Below are positions 19,419-30,100 of a stretch of DNA of 58,053 nt, piece by piece. The position numbers and the translations under genes are program-made. Positions within the stretch are counted from its first letter, which is position 1. Each line of letters starts with the position of its first letter. The notes beneath the pieces are model-generated. The model worked only from the letters and a program-made list of their open reading frames with translations, was not told the origin of the DNA and did no database searches. The stretch is from Coleofasciculus sp. B1-GNL1-01 (GTDB lineage Bacteria > Cyanobacteriota > Cyanobacteriia > Cyanobacteriales > Coleofasciculaceae). Location: NCBI GenBank assembly GCA_040220235.1, contig JAVJTO010000151.1. The stretch is one strand, 5' to 3'.

Positions 19419-20870
19419 CTAAAGCAAAGCTTTGAGTAATGCCTGAAGCTTGAGTTGAATTTCTGCCAGTTCTTTGTCGGGGTCAGAACCAGCCACAATT
19501 CCCGCCCCGGCGTAGAGTCTAGCGCGGTAGGTGTTGTCATGATTTAGAGAAGACGGGTTGCTGTCGATTAAAGCTGAACGAATACCAACAATAAATTCGC
19601 AATTGCCTTGATAGTCAATCCAACCTAACGGCGCGGCATAGAGGGAACGGTCAAAGGTTTCGTAGCGGCGGATTTGTGCTTGAGCAATCTGGGTAGGAAC
19701 ACCAGCTACAGCAGGGGTAGGATGAAGCTGGGCAACAATGTCTAGGGGGTGGACATTGGTAAACAGTTGTGCTTGAATCGGTGTCCACAGATGCTGGATA
19801 TTAGAGAGTTTCAGCAGTTGAGGCGCAGGTAAGCATTGGGGGATGAGTCCCAACTCAGATAAGCGTCGAGTGATAAAATCAAGTACAAATTGGTGTTCGC
19901 GCTGCTCTTTTTCCGAACCAAGCAAGCGATCGCCAAACTCAGCATCTTCACTGGCAGTTTTTCCACGCGGCGCTGATCCAGCTAAGGCATCCGTTACCAC
20001 GAGATGGTCACGAATACTAATTAACCGTTCAGGACTCGCACCGAGAAAGTTCTGTCCTTTACCATTGCTGGCACAAAAAATATAGCAATCCGGATGGCGT
20101 TGGCGCAGATTCTCCAGGGAGTGGATGACGTTAAAGGGCTGGGGCGAAAAAATATCAACGGCATTAGCCAGAACAATCTTACTAAATTCATTGGCATGGA
20201 TCAAGTTTAATGCAGCGACAACCGCTGACTTAAACGCTTCCGTATTAATGGATTTGGGCTGGATCAATGGAGAAGAATTAATCCGGGTCAGCGAACTGGG
20301 TTTAGGGTCGGAAAAGTTAAGTTCAGCAATTTGATTATAGAGTTGTTGTAAGAGTCGTTTAATATTGACGTGAGGATCAACTTGAACATTCGCCACTAAT
20401 GTACCGCTATTCCCCCGAAACGCCACTTGCCAACGGGGAAGAAAAATCGTAGCGGCTCGAAACGGGTAATTTGGATTTAAAGCAAAAAATGTAAAAAAGC
20501 AAAAAAAGTGCGGTCCGGCAAAAGAAATAGTTTTATTTCGTTCGCTCCAAATCCAAGTGTCTTTTAGATAATTCTGGATAACGGTCTTAGCGTGTTGAAA
20601 TCGATTAATTCCTTCTAGTTCAGCATAGATCGTGGCATCAATAGCCAGAATCGCTTCATTGTCCTTTCTTTTTTCTAAGTAAAACTGGAATTGTGGAGTT
20701 TCACCCAAAATTTGCAGTACCGCTAGTGGATCAACCCGGGGAATTGGCACAGAAATACTGGCAATTTGAGTACAGCCTTTCTCAAGAGATGCCTGCTGAC
20801 AAGCGACAAGGAACTGGTATAGCTCCTTGTGGTCTGGCAAGCGATCAGTATGAGATGATAAATACGCCAT
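19419..20870 (-). CDS. menF: Isochorismate synthase (start uncertain; open frame extends to 20987)
   Basis: KIVLA, FLGASPERL, ALAGSAPRG, KEQREH, LHPTPAVAG and LYAGAGIVAGSDP motifs; near menA. Confidence 0.92.
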   Translation of the reverse strand: MAYLSSHTDRLPDHKELYQFLVACQQASLEKGCTQIASISVPIPRVDPLAVLQILGETPQFQFYLEKRKDNEAILAIDATIYAELEGINRFQHAKTVIQNYLKDTWIWSERNKTISFAGPHFFCFFTFFALNPNYPFRAATIFLPRWQVAFRGNSGTLVANVQVDPHVNIKRLLQQLYNQIAELNFSDPKPSSLTRINSSPLIQPKSINTEAFKSAVVAALNLIHANEFSKIVLANAVDIFSPQPFNVIHSLENLRQRHPDCYIFCASNGKGQNFLGASPERLISIRDHLVVTDALAGSAPRGKTASEDAEFGDRLLGSEKEQREHQFVLDFITRRLSELGLIPQCLPAPQLLKLSNIQHLWTPIQAQLFTNVHPLDIVAQLHPTPAVAGVPTQIAQAQIRRYETFDRSLYAAPLGWIDYQGNCEFIVGIRSALIDSNPSSLNHDNTYRARLYAGAGIVAGSDPDKELAEIQLKLQALLKALL

Positions 20871-21066
20871 GTACAAGAGGATTGCAGATTTTGGGTGATC
20901 CAGGCAAGACAGTTGCCCCAGATGTCGGCTACACGACTCAACGTCTGCCTTTCTATCTACCATTGCATATTTTGCACAGTCAGCCATACGGGAGTTAATC
21001 CAGTTGACTGAATCCCCCGCCTTATGGGTAAAGTGTTACCTGTTGCCTAAGCCCGGAAAAAGTGGA

Positions 21067-22446
21067 ATGAAATTGCCTGATGGTCCAACGTTGCCGTTTT
21101 TTGTGCAAACGCTGCAACTCATCGCTGATCCGCTTAAATTTCTCGATACCTGTACGCAGCGTTACGGCGATGCCTTTACCCTCCGCTTACTGGGTCGGAA
21201 CTCCCCACCTGTGGTCTTTTTCAGCCACCCCCAGGCAATTCAATCCATATTTACCACGTCCTCTGATAAATTTGAGTTGGGTAAAGTCACCGATGTCTTC
21301 CGCCCTCTGACGGGTTCTACCTCGCTGATTATGTTAGATGGACAGCAACACCAGGTCATGCGGGGGTTGTTGATGCCGCCTCTGCATGGGAAACGGTTGC
21401 CCACCTACAGTCGGCTTATACGTGATATTGCAACCGACGCGATCGCGGATTGGCAGCCCGGATCATCCCTTCGCATTCGGGACTACATGTCAGAAATTTC
21501 CCTCCAGGTGATCTTACGGGTGGTGTTTGGTCTTAATGTAGGCGATCGCTATGACAGACTTAAACAACTCATTGAACCATTCTTGAACGATATCACCTCC
21601 CCCCTGAACTCAATCCATTTTTTCTGGACACCATTGCAGCAAGATTGGGGTGGGTGGAGTCCCTGGGGCAAGTTTGTCAGGCAACGGCAGCAAATTGATG
21701 ATTTAATTTATGAACAGATTGCCCACCGTCGCACTCAACCGGAGGGAGACGATATCCTCTCTCTACTCATGTCTGCCCATGATCAAACGGGTCAATCGCT
21801 GACTGATGTCCAGTTACGGGATCAGTTAATCACCTTGTTACTGCTGGGTCATGAAACCACGGCGTCTGCTTTGGCGTGGGCGTTTTACTGGCTGCATCGT
21901 CAGCCGTTATGCTTAGAGAAAGTAACACAAGAGTTAGACAGCTTGGGTGAGAATCCAGACCCTGACGCGATCGCACAACTCCCCTATCTTACGGCTGTCT
22001 GTAAAGAAGCGCTACGAGTGTACCCGATTGCTTTAATTGCTCAACCGCGTCAGGTGAAAGCATCCGTGCAGATCCAAGGGTATGAATTGGAGCCAGGAGC
22101 GATCGCAGTACCCTGTATTTATTTAACCCACCGTCGCCAGGATGTCTATCCTGAACCTGACCAGTTTAAACCTGAACGCTTTCTGCATCAGCAGTTTTCC
22201 TCCTATGAGTATTTCCCCTTCGGCGGCGGTAGTCGTAGCTGTATCGGCATGGCTTTGTCCCTATTTGAAATGAAGCTGGTTCTGGCAACGGTTCTATCCC
22301 GCTATCAGTTGGCGATTGCCCCCAACACGTCTGTACAACCGTGGCGACGAGGGATTACCATCGTTCCTTCTCAGGCTTGTCCCATGGTGGTGAAAACCCA
22401 GCGTCACGTTCACTCATCTAGAGAAAAAGTCATAAGTTATCAGTAA
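21067..22446 (+). CDS. Cytochrome P450 (CYP110-like)
   Basis: MKLPDGP start; I-helix LGHETTA; EALR (ExxR); FKPERF; heme motif FGGGSRSCIG. Confidence 0.93.
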   Translation: MKLPDGPTLPFFVQTLQLIADPLKFLDTCTQRYGDAFTLRLLGRNSPPVVFFSHPQAIQSIFTTSSDKFELGKVTDVFRPLTGSTSLIMLDGQQHQVMRGLLMPPLHGKRLPTYSRLIRDIATDAIADWQPGSSLRIRDYMSEISLQVILRVVFGLNVGDRYDRLKQLIEPFLNDITSPLNSIHFFWTPLQQDWGGWSPWGKFVRQRQQIDDLIYEQIAHRRTQPEGDDILSLLMSAHDQTGQSLTDVQLRDQLITLLLLGHETTASALAWAFYWLHRQPLCLEKVTQELDSLGENPDPDAIAQLPYLTAVCKEALRVYPIALIAQPRQVKASVQIQGYELEPGAIAVPCIYLTHRRQDVYPEPDQFKPERFLHQQFSSYEYFPFGGGSRSCIGMALSLFEMKLVLATVLSRYQLAIAPNTSVQPWRRGITIVPSQACPMVVKTQRHVHSSREKVISYQ

Positions 22447-22546
22447 TCCGTTGTAAAATAGAGTACCTTTTTGATCTGATTGCTCGACCCAAAACGGGAA
22501 ACAAGAATGGATCAGCGCTAGTCTACTGGATGTCTCACTTGCTCTC

Positions 22547-23458
22547 ATGACCACAAAGTTCATTGCTCAGTCCCCAAATAAATTATGGTTAGCGGCGCTT
22601 AAACCACCGATGTATAGCGTGGCTATCATTCCCATTTGGATTGGTACGGCTGTAGCCTACGGGGAAACGCTAAATATGCATTGGGGAATTTTTAGCACAT
22701 TTTTACTGTCCGCTATTTTAATTATTGCTTGGCTGAACCTTAGTAATGATGTCTTTGATTCAGAAACAGGAATTGATCACAACAAACATCATTCATTAGT
22801 AAATTTAACCGGAAACAAATCTCTAATTTTTTGGTTGAGTAATCTATTTTTAGCCGCAGGTATCCTAGGAATCATCGCGATCGCGTGGTGGCAATGGGAT
22901 TGGACGGTGATTGGCATTGTCTTACTGTGCTGCGCTTTGGGATATAGTTACCAAGGTCCTCCCTTTCGCCTGGGTTATCAAGGGTTAGGCGAGGTTATTT
23001 GCTTTTTTACGTTCGGTCCAATGGCAGTAGCGGCGGCTTACTACTCCCAAGCCCAATCCTTCTCGTCAATGGGGTTAGCGGCTTCAATCATTATTGGGAT
23101 TAGTACCTCGATTATTTTATTTTGCTCCCATTTCCACCAAGTCGAAGATGATATAGCCGCCGGAAAGCGATCGCCGATTGTGCGCTTGGGAACTCAAAGT
23201 GGTGCTAAACTACTCTATTGGTTGAGTGGCAGCCTTTTTGCCCTGACGGGTTTGTTGATCGTATTGGGGATGTTTCCGGTTTGGACAGGATTAATTGTTC
23301 TGAGTTTACCCTTTGCCCTTGAGTTAGTGCAGCATGTTGGCTGCTATCATGATCAACCGACGAAAGTCAGTAATTGTAAATTTATCGCCGTTAAGCTGCA
23401 TTTTTGGAGTGGATTATTCTTGGGGTTGGGCTTTGTTGTCCCCAATCTTTGGTATTGA
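22547..23458 (+). CDS. menA: 1,4-dihydroxy-2-naphthoate phytyltransferase
   Basis: LWLAALKPPMYSVA, NLSNDVFDSETGID and HFHQVEDDIAAGKRSPIVRLG; UbiA-family TM pattern. Confidence 0.95.
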   Translation: MTTKFIAQSPNKLWLAALKPPMYSVAIIPIWIGTAVAYGETLNMHWGIFSTFLLSAILIIAWLNLSNDVFDSETGIDHNKHHSLVNLTGNKSLIFWLSNLFLAAGILGIIAIAWWQWDWTVIGIVLLCCALGYSYQGPPFRLGYQGLGEVICFFTFGPMAVAAAYYSQAQSFSSMGLAASIIIGISTSIILFCSHFHQVEDDIAAGKRSPIVRLGTQSGAKLLYWLSGSLFALTGLLIVLGMFPVWTGLIVLSLPFALELVQHVGCYHDQPTKVSNCKFIAVKLHFWSGLFLGLGFVVPNLWY

Positions 23459-23547
23459 TCTGTTTCTCAATGATCCACTCGGATCGGACAGGAGTACCTT
23501 AAAATAAGGTATAAAAAATTAAATCCAACTATTTAAAGGTTTGGCTC

Positions 23548-23578
23548 AATCTCCAGCGTTGAAGCTAGGAGATTTTTT
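23548..23578 (+). terminator. Putative intrinsic terminator after menA
   Basis: aatctccagc...gctaggagatt stem followed by T run. Confidence 0.5.
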
Positions 23579-23971
23579 GTTTACATTTATTTACAAAATT
23601 GCCGAGATTAATTTCCATCTCCTGAACGATATGGGGGTGAGTCAGTGTTAATCCCTTGGAGAGAGGTAAGTCTAAGAGCCAGAAGTCTACAATTTAGTTA
23701 GTCGTCCATGATTCACTCACCTGAGTAGGCTGAAGCGCTCTAAGCTGAGTGAAGTTCATGCACCAGTATTAGGGTTGGTTAATACTCAGGAAAGAATCTC
23801 GCATAGATGCTGACTGTGAGTGTAAGATTGGCAGGCGGCTGAGGTTCATCCCCTTTAATAGAATCCCAACCTAAATAAAAAGAAGGACAACTATTGAGGT
23901 TGAAGTCAATGAGTTTCAGCCAATTTAATTCGTCCTTTTTTCTAACCTCATCATCAACAAAGGATTCAATT

Positions 23972-25777
23972 ATGCAACTTATGGACATGTCAAAACCCCA
24001 CAAAAGTACCTCAACAAACAGAGAAGCTTGGTGGCAAACTCCTGTACTTAATCGTCGGGCATGGACGTGGGAAGATGCGCGTAATGTGAAACACCAAGGC
24101 GAATGGTGGCAGAATGCAGTTATTTATCAGATTTCCCCGCAGAGTTTTAAAGACAGTGACGGCAATGGTGTCGGTGACTTGAATGGGATTATTGAACAAC
24201 TTGATTACATTGCCTCTTTAGGTGTCGATGCCATCTGGCTGTGTCCGATTTATGAATCCCCGATGGAGGATTTTGGCTATGACATCACCGATATGCGGGA
24301 TATCGACCCAATTTTTGGCTCTCTAGAAGATTTTAAACGATTGCTGGCAGTGTCTCACTCCATGGGATTGAAAGTGCTGTTGGATCAAGTTTGGAGTCAT
24401 ACCTCTGATAAGCATCCCTGGTTTCTCGAAAGTCGGCAAAATAAAAATAATCCTAAGGCAGACTGGTATATTTGGGCAGACCCCAAACCTGATGGTTCAC
24501 CCCCCAACAACTGGCTATCCGCATTTATGGGTCACAGTGCTTGGCAATGGGGACCCGAACGTAAACAATTTTATCTGTATAATTTTTTAGAAAGCCAACC
24601 TGACCTGAACTGGCACAATCCAGATGTGGTTAACGCCATTTTGGAACGGGCAAAATTCTGGTTGGATTTAGGAATTGATGGTTTCCGCGTCGATGCGCCT
24701 AACTTTTTCATGCACGACGCCCAATTGCGAGATAACCCCGTTCGCCCAGAAGATGCTTCTTTACCGGATGGTGTCGCTGCTGATAATCCTGTGGTTCGGC
24801 AATTGTTTAAGTACAACTTCTGCCGTCGAGAAACCTTAGACGCCATCAAACCTATCCGTGATCTAATGGATCAGTATCCGGGTACGGTTGCCTTAGGCGA
24901 AGTAACCTTCTGTGAAGATTCGATTGCCCTTGCCAGTGAGTTTGTAGAAGGTGATGAGCGGTTACACATGGCATATCATAGTGGGCTTCTCGTCGATGAA
25001 CCCATCAGCGCCAGACTCATGCGCCAGATGATGGAAAAAGTGTTAAGTCACTTTACCCAAGGTGGTGATTGTTGGATTGTCGGTAATCATGACTATGGTC
25101 GCCTGCGATCGCGCTGGACAGGAAAGGATGCTCAGGGAAATCCTTATCCGGAAGAATTTTATCATCTAATCGCCGCACTACTCCTCTCTTTACCGGGTGC
25201 AATCTGTCTCTACCAGGGAGATGAACTGGGGTTAACTGAGGCAAGAATCCCGGAAGATATTCCGGTGGACGATATTAAAGATCCCTTTGGTCAAGCCCTT
25301 TATCCAGCGATTAAAGGACGAGACGGTTCCCGCACGCCAATGCCTTGGCAAGCGGATGCCCCCCACGCCGGATTTACCACAGCGGAAAAACCGTGGCTAC
25401 CTGTTCCCGATGGTCATTATCAACGGGCGGTAAATCTGCAAAATAGAGATCCGAATTCACTCCTAAATACCTGGCGTCGTTTACTTCACTGGCGCAAAAA
25501 ACAACCGGCATTAGAAGCAGGTAATTTGCAAATTCTGGATACGGAGGAACCGATTTTTGCCTTTATCCGGGACTATGCAGAACAGCGAATCCTGTGTGTT
25601 TTCAATTTGAGTAACGAATCTGCCCGCTATGACTTGTCGGCATATCCAGGGTGTGCAGAAACCGAAGGATTAGGCTTTATCACCCATCGCCAAGGTGATA
25701 CGCTCGAAATTCCCGGCTATAGTGTCTTCTTTTGTAATATGCCCCCAACCTGTGATTATCAACTGAAGTCGAATTAA
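23972..25777 (+). CDS. GH13 alpha-glucosidase / oligo-1,6-glucosidase
   Basis: WWQNAVIYQI, DFGYDITD, QPDLNW, DGFRVDA (nucleophile), GNHD, YQGDELG and RDGSRTPMPW motifs. Confidence 0.92.
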   Translation: MQLMDMSKPHKSTSTNREAWWQTPVLNRRAWTWEDARNVKHQGEWWQNAVIYQISPQSFKDSDGNGVGDLNGIIEQLDYIASLGVDAIWLCPIYESPMEDFGYDITDMRDIDPIFGSLEDFKRLLAVSHSMGLKVLLDQVWSHTSDKHPWFLESRQNKNNPKADWYIWADPKPDGSPPNNWLSAFMGHSAWQWGPERKQFYLYNFLESQPDLNWHNPDVVNAILERAKFWLDLGIDGFRVDAPNFFMHDAQLRDNPVRPEDASLPDGVAADNPVVRQLFKYNFCRRETLDAIKPIRDLMDQYPGTVALGEVTFCEDSIALASEFVEGDERLHMAYHSGLLVDEPISARLMRQMMEKVLSHFTQGGDCWIVGNHDYGRLRSRWTGKDAQGNPYPEEFYHLIAALLLSLPGAICLYQGDELGLTEARIPEDIPVDDIKDPFGQALYPAIKGRDGSRTPMPWQADAPHAGFTTAEKPWLPVPDGHYQRAVNLQNRDPNSLLNTWRRLLHWRKKQPALEAGNLQILDTEEPIFAFIRDYAEQRILCVFNLSNESARYDLSAYPGCAETEGLGFITHRQGDTLEIPGYSVFFCNMPPTCDYQLKSN

Positions 25778-25804
25778 GCGTAGCGTGTATAGACGCGCCA
25801 ACCT

Positions 25805-25832
25805 GTAGAGACGTTGCATGCAACGTCTCTAC
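25805..25832. repeat. GTAG-type palindromic REP between convergent genes
   Basis: Perfect palindrome gtagagacgttgcatgcaacgtctctac; related copy near 14514-14538. Confidence 0.8.
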
Positions 25833-25836
25833 AAGG

Positions 25837-26955
25837 TTATGCCAACCCTTCCACAACCGGATGGAAGTAAAATGCCAACCCCAACACCAAATAAGCCGCA
25901 ATTAGCAAAATTCCTTCCAACCAGTTCGACTTTCCATCCGAACTAATGGAATTAGCGATTAACACCGCTACCGCTACCGCCACCAGTTCAAAGGGGTTAA
26001 AATCCAAATCCATCGGCTGACCCAAAAACCAACCCGCAATCACCAAGACAGGGGCGACAAATAGGGCAATTTGCAAACTTGATCCCACCGCCACCGACAC
26101 CGACAAATCCATCTTATTTTTCATCGCCACTGTCACCGCCGTGGCATGTTCGGCGGCATTGCCAATAATGGGCAATAGAATCACGCCTGTAAACAGGGCA
26201 GTTAATCCTAACTGGGACGTCGCTTCCTCCAACGTCCCCACCAACAGTTCCGACTCTAACGCTACTAGCAGGGTGACTCCGAGTAACACCCCAATCCACA
26301 AGCCTAAATTCACCTTATGTTCTGGTTCCTCCGTGGGGGAAGAAGTACCATCCCCCTCTTGGGATTCAACCTCCACCATGCCCACATCCAACAAATAGCT
26401 GTGGGTTTTCATCGAAAATAATAAGGTGAGAGCATAAACCACAATCAATACCCCCGCCACAGCAACCGATAATCCTTGTAACGTTGCTTCATCAATTTCA
26501 GGCGTTGTAGCATCCATCGCCGTTGGTAGCAGCATGGCAATGACAGCTAAATTCATCGAAGACGCATTCACCCGCGCCACAATCGGTTGAAAGTCCTGTT
26601 CCTTGTAGCGTAATCCCCCCAAAAGCATAGATAAGCCCATCACCAGCAGCAAGTTGCCAATAATTGATCCCGTAATTGTGGCTTTAACCACATTGACTAA
26701 GCCAGCATTGAGGGCAATCAGAGCAATAATCAGTTCTGTCGCATTACCAAACGTGGCATTCAGCAACCCACCAAAGGTAGGTCCTGCTACAACCGCAATT
26801 TCTTCCGTCGCGGTTCCCATCCACGCCGCTAGGGGAACGATCGCCAAACAGGAGGTAATAAATACTATAGCGGCTCCCCATTCCAGAAAATGCGCGGCGA
26901 TGGAAATGGGGACAAAAAGTAACAACAGTGACAGAATCGTGTTTTTGTTCAGCAT
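25837..26955 (-). CDS. cax: Ca2+/H+ antiporter (CAX/ChaA family)
   Basis: Alpha-repeats GLLNATFGNATE and GNAAEH; GSSLQIALF; SNWLEG. Confidence 0.93.
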   Translation of the reverse strand: MLNKNTILSLLLLFVPISIAAHFLEWGAAIVFITSCLAIVPLAAWMGTATEEIAVVAGPTFGGLLNATFGNATELIIALIALNAGLVNVVKATITGSIIGNLLLVMGLSMLLGGLRYKEQDFQPIVARVNASSMNLAVIAMLLPTAMDATTPEIDEATLQGLSVAVAGVLIVVYALTLLFSMKTHSYLLDVGMVEVESQEGDGTSSPTEEPEHKVNLGLWIGVLLGVTLLVALESELLVGTLEEATSQLGLTALFTGVILLPIIGNAAEHATAVTVAMKNKMDLSVSVAVGSSLQIALFVAPVLVIAGWFLGQPMDLDFNPFELVAVAVAVLIANSISSDGKSNWLEGILLIAAYLVLGLAFYFHPVVEGLA

Positions 26956-27001
26956 CTAAAAATAAGCAAATAGGCACAGATTAAAGTTAACGGTAAGGAT
27001 T

Positions 27002-27036
27002 GTCATTTGTCATTGGTCATTGGTCATTGGTCATTT
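27002..27036. repeat. STRR heptamer array (GTCATTG/GTCATTT)n
   Basis: About 5 tandem heptamers. Confidence 0.85.
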
Positions 27037-27418
27037 GCTCCCCTGGACATGGAGACTTCCTGCACCCCTACCCCCTACACATCCCCAGCCAGATGTGCAA
27101 TAATCGATAAAACTTGTTATGGTGCGGTTAAGTTCTGTGAACTTATCGAAACGTTTATGAAGTTTCATCGATTGTAAGTAAATATTGCGGTTGAATAAAG
27201 GACGAAAGGAACAGATTGTTACAAGTTCATCCCAAAATGCAAGTTTAGTAACTTGTGCGAGTGATTTTTTATAGACGGGGCTGGCGTTCCCTACTTAAAT
27301 GGCTAGCTTTCAACCCAAAATTCGTTTAGTAATCTCTCAACTAATCCCTACTCTCAGCGAAAATTAGTAGAGTAAGGGCATCGGTCTGACTCGTTTTCTG
27401 TGGAATTTGGTGATCTAA

Positions 27419-30097
27419 ATGACTTCTGCTGCTGAACTTTCAGCTTCACAAGCTGCGGCAATCAATCCCATCGCTACCTTATCAGAGGAGGCTGGGCTAG
27501 AACATGATCCCCTGCAGACAGCCAGGGGCGTCTACGTAACTGTTCACGGGCATTTTTATCAACCCCCTCGTGAAAATCCCTATCTGGATACCATTGAACG
27601 TCAGCCCTCAGCTGCACCGTTTCACAACTGGAATGAGCGGATTCATCACGAATGCTATCGCCCCAATGCCTTTGCCCGGGTGTTAAATGGTTACGGCGAA
27701 GTGGTGGGGATCGTTAATACCTTTGAATATCTCAGCTTTAATATTGGTCCGACGCTGATGTCGTGGTTGGAACGCTACGACATGGAAGTGTACGAGCGGA
27801 TAATAGAAGCGGATCGCAAGAGTTGTCAACGGCTCAACGGTCACGGTAATGCGATCGCCCAAGTCTATAACCATATCATTCTTCCCCTCGCCAATGAACG
27901 GGATAAATACACCCAAATCCGTTGGGGAATGGAAGATTTCCGCTCTCGCTTTGGTCGTGATCCCGAAGGGATGTGGCTGGCGGAAACGGCGGTAGATTAC
28001 CCCACCCTGGAAGCGTTAGTGGCAGAAGGGATTAAGTTTATTATTCTTGCTCCCTCCCAAGCTGAACGCTGTCGGGTTTTGCCAACCGAAGACAATCCTG
28101 ATCCTAAATGGCATGAAGTGGGTGGGGGTCAGATTGATCCCAGCCGCCCTTACCGTTGTTTCTTGGAAAGTGGTGAATTTATCGACATCTTTTTCTACGA
28201 CGGTCCCATCTCACGGGATATGGGGTTTAGCGATGTTCTCAGTAGTTCCGAACATTTTGCGGGTCGTCTGGGAATCGCAATTCATGGGGATCACCGTCCC
28301 TCTCAGATTATTAGTGTGGCAACCGATGGGGAAACCTTCGGACATCACAAACGCCACACGGAAATGTGTATCGCCCATGCTTTTACCCAAGTCTTTCCCC
28401 GCCGTAACTGGACGGTAACCAATTTTGCTCATTATCTCAGTATCAGTCCGCCGACGTGGGAAGTGATTCTCAAACCCGTAACCGCTTGGAGTTGTTCCCA
28501 CGGTGTCAACCGTTGGCAAGATGACTGCGGCTGTGGTGGCGGCGGGGGTTGGCATCAGAAATGGCGGCGTCCCCTGCGAGAAAGTTTAAACTGGCTGCGG
28601 GATCAGTTGATTCCGGTGTATGACGAGAGGGGGCGTCAGTTTTTCCGTGATCCTTGGGCGGCGCGGGATGAGTATATCCAAGTGCTGCGCGATCGCGCCG
28701 CGTCTCGGAACGAGAATCGCTCGGCGGAAAATGTGAAGCAATTTCTGAACCGTCACAGCGTTGCGCCTCTCTCTCCCACCGACCAAATCGATGCCCTGCG
28801 GCTGTTGGAAATGCAACGCCACGCCATGCTCATGTATACCAGTTGCGGCTGGTTCTTTGAGGAACTATCTCGTCCAGAAGGGGTACAGATTTTGCGCTAT
28901 GCAGCACGGGCGTTGGAGTTAGCGGGGGAGGTGGCAGGTATCCAGCTTGAGCTAGGGTTCTTGGAACGCCTACTTGTAGCACCCAGTAATGTAGACTCCT
29001 TTAAAACCGGGGATGTGGTCTATCGGCAACTGGTTGTGTCGTCGCAAATTACCTTTCAACAAGTTGCTGCCCATTACGCGATTAGTTCCTTATTTACCAA
29101 CTATTCCCAACAAGAACGCCTCTACTGCTACGAAGCCCACCAGCTTGACTATCAACTCCAACGCATGGGTTCACTGACGTTGGCAGTGGGTCAATTGCGA
29201 CTGGTGTCGGAGATTACCTGGGAAAATATGGAATTGGTCTTTGCCGTTCTCCATATCGGGGGCTGGGACTTCCACTGCTGTATTCAACCCTTTACCGGAC
29301 GTCGGGCATATACCCAGTTGAGGGATAAGATTTTTGATGCCCTCAAGCAAGCCAGTGCTGCCCATACGATTCTGGCAATGAATCAGATGTTTGGTGAGCA
29401 GTCGTTCAGTTTACAGAATCTGTTTGCTGAGGAACGACAACGGATTATGCAGCTAATTAGTCAGGAAACTCTGACCCGATTAGATCAGCTGTATAACCAG
29501 ATGTACCGGGATAATTACGGCGTGTTGATGGCATTCCATCGGGATGAATTGCCCGTACCCAAGGAATTGCAAGTGGCAGCAGAAATTGCGTTATCCAACC
29601 GTTGTCTGATTGCGATTAAAGCCCTAGACATGGAGGTGAGTGATCCCCAAGCTATCAACGCTCAGATAGCTGAACTGGAAGCGATCGCCACCGAAGCGGG
29701 ACATCTACGCTGTCACCTGAATATCCCAGAAGCCAAGCCAACTCTAGAAACCTTAATTTGGCGATCGCTGTGGCAACTGTTGCATGAGGGTGATCCCGAT
29801 ACCCTCGGCGATGATATCCGCCAGATTGATCGGTTGATTGAGATTGGCAATCGGTTAAGCCTTGGTTTAGCGTTAGACCGTTGTCAGGAACTCTATTTCA
29901 ACTGTTTACACACCTCAATCGTGCCGCAGTGTGAACTGGCAATTCAAGCCCAACGCCTGAGTGACCAAAAGAATGGACATGATCAGGCGCAGCTTACGGC
30001 GGCAAATCCTTGGACAATTATCCGACTACGCCAGTTGCTTCAGCTTGGTCAACTTCTGTCTGTGGAAGTGAGTCCTTGGTTGAGTCAGTTGATGTAG
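27419..30097 (+). CDS. GH57 family glycoside hydrolase with DUF3536
   Basis: VHGHFYQPPRENP, PEGMWLAETAVD, ATDGETFGHH, AWSCSHGV and MYTSCGWFF motifs. Confidence 0.92.
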   Translation: MTSAAELSASQAAAINPIATLSEEAGLEHDPLQTARGVYVTVHGHFYQPPRENPYLDTIERQPSAAPFHNWNERIHHECYRPNAFARVLNGYGEVVGIVNTFEYLSFNIGPTLMSWLERYDMEVYERIIEADRKSCQRLNGHGNAIAQVYNHIILPLANERDKYTQIRWGMEDFRSRFGRDPEGMWLAETAVDYPTLEALVAEGIKFIILAPSQAERCRVLPTEDNPDPKWHEVGGGQIDPSRPYRCFLESGEFIDIFFYDGPISRDMGFSDVLSSSEHFAGRLGIAIHGDHRPSQIISVATDGETFGHHKRHTEMCIAHAFTQVFPRRNWTVTNFAHYLSISPPTWEVILKPVTAWSCSHGVNRWQDDCGCGGGGGWHQKWRRPLRESLNWLRDQLIPVYDERGRQFFRDPWAARDEYIQVLRDRAASRNENRSAENVKQFLNRHSVAPLSPTDQIDALRLLEMQRHAMLMYTSCGWFFEELSRPEGVQILRYAARALELAGEVAGIQLELGFLERLLVAPSNVDSFKTGDVVYRQLVVSSQITFQQVAAHYAISSLFTNYSQQERLYCYEAHQLDYQLQRMGSLTLAVGQLRLVSEITWENMELVFAVLHIGGWDFHCCIQPFTGRRAYTQLRDKIFDALKQASAAHTILAMNQMFGEQSFSLQNLFAEERQRIMQLISQETLTRLDQLYNQMYRDNYGVLMAFHRDELPVPKELQVAAEIALSNRCLIAIKALDMEVSDPQAINAQIAELEAIATEAGHLRCHLNIPEAKPTLETLIWRSLWQLLHEGDPDTLGDDIRQIDRLIEIGNRLSLGLALDRCQELYFNCLHTSIVPQCELAIQAQRLSDQKNGHDQAQLTAANPWTIIRLRQLLQLGQLLSVEVSPWLSQLM

Positions 30098-30100
30098 ATA

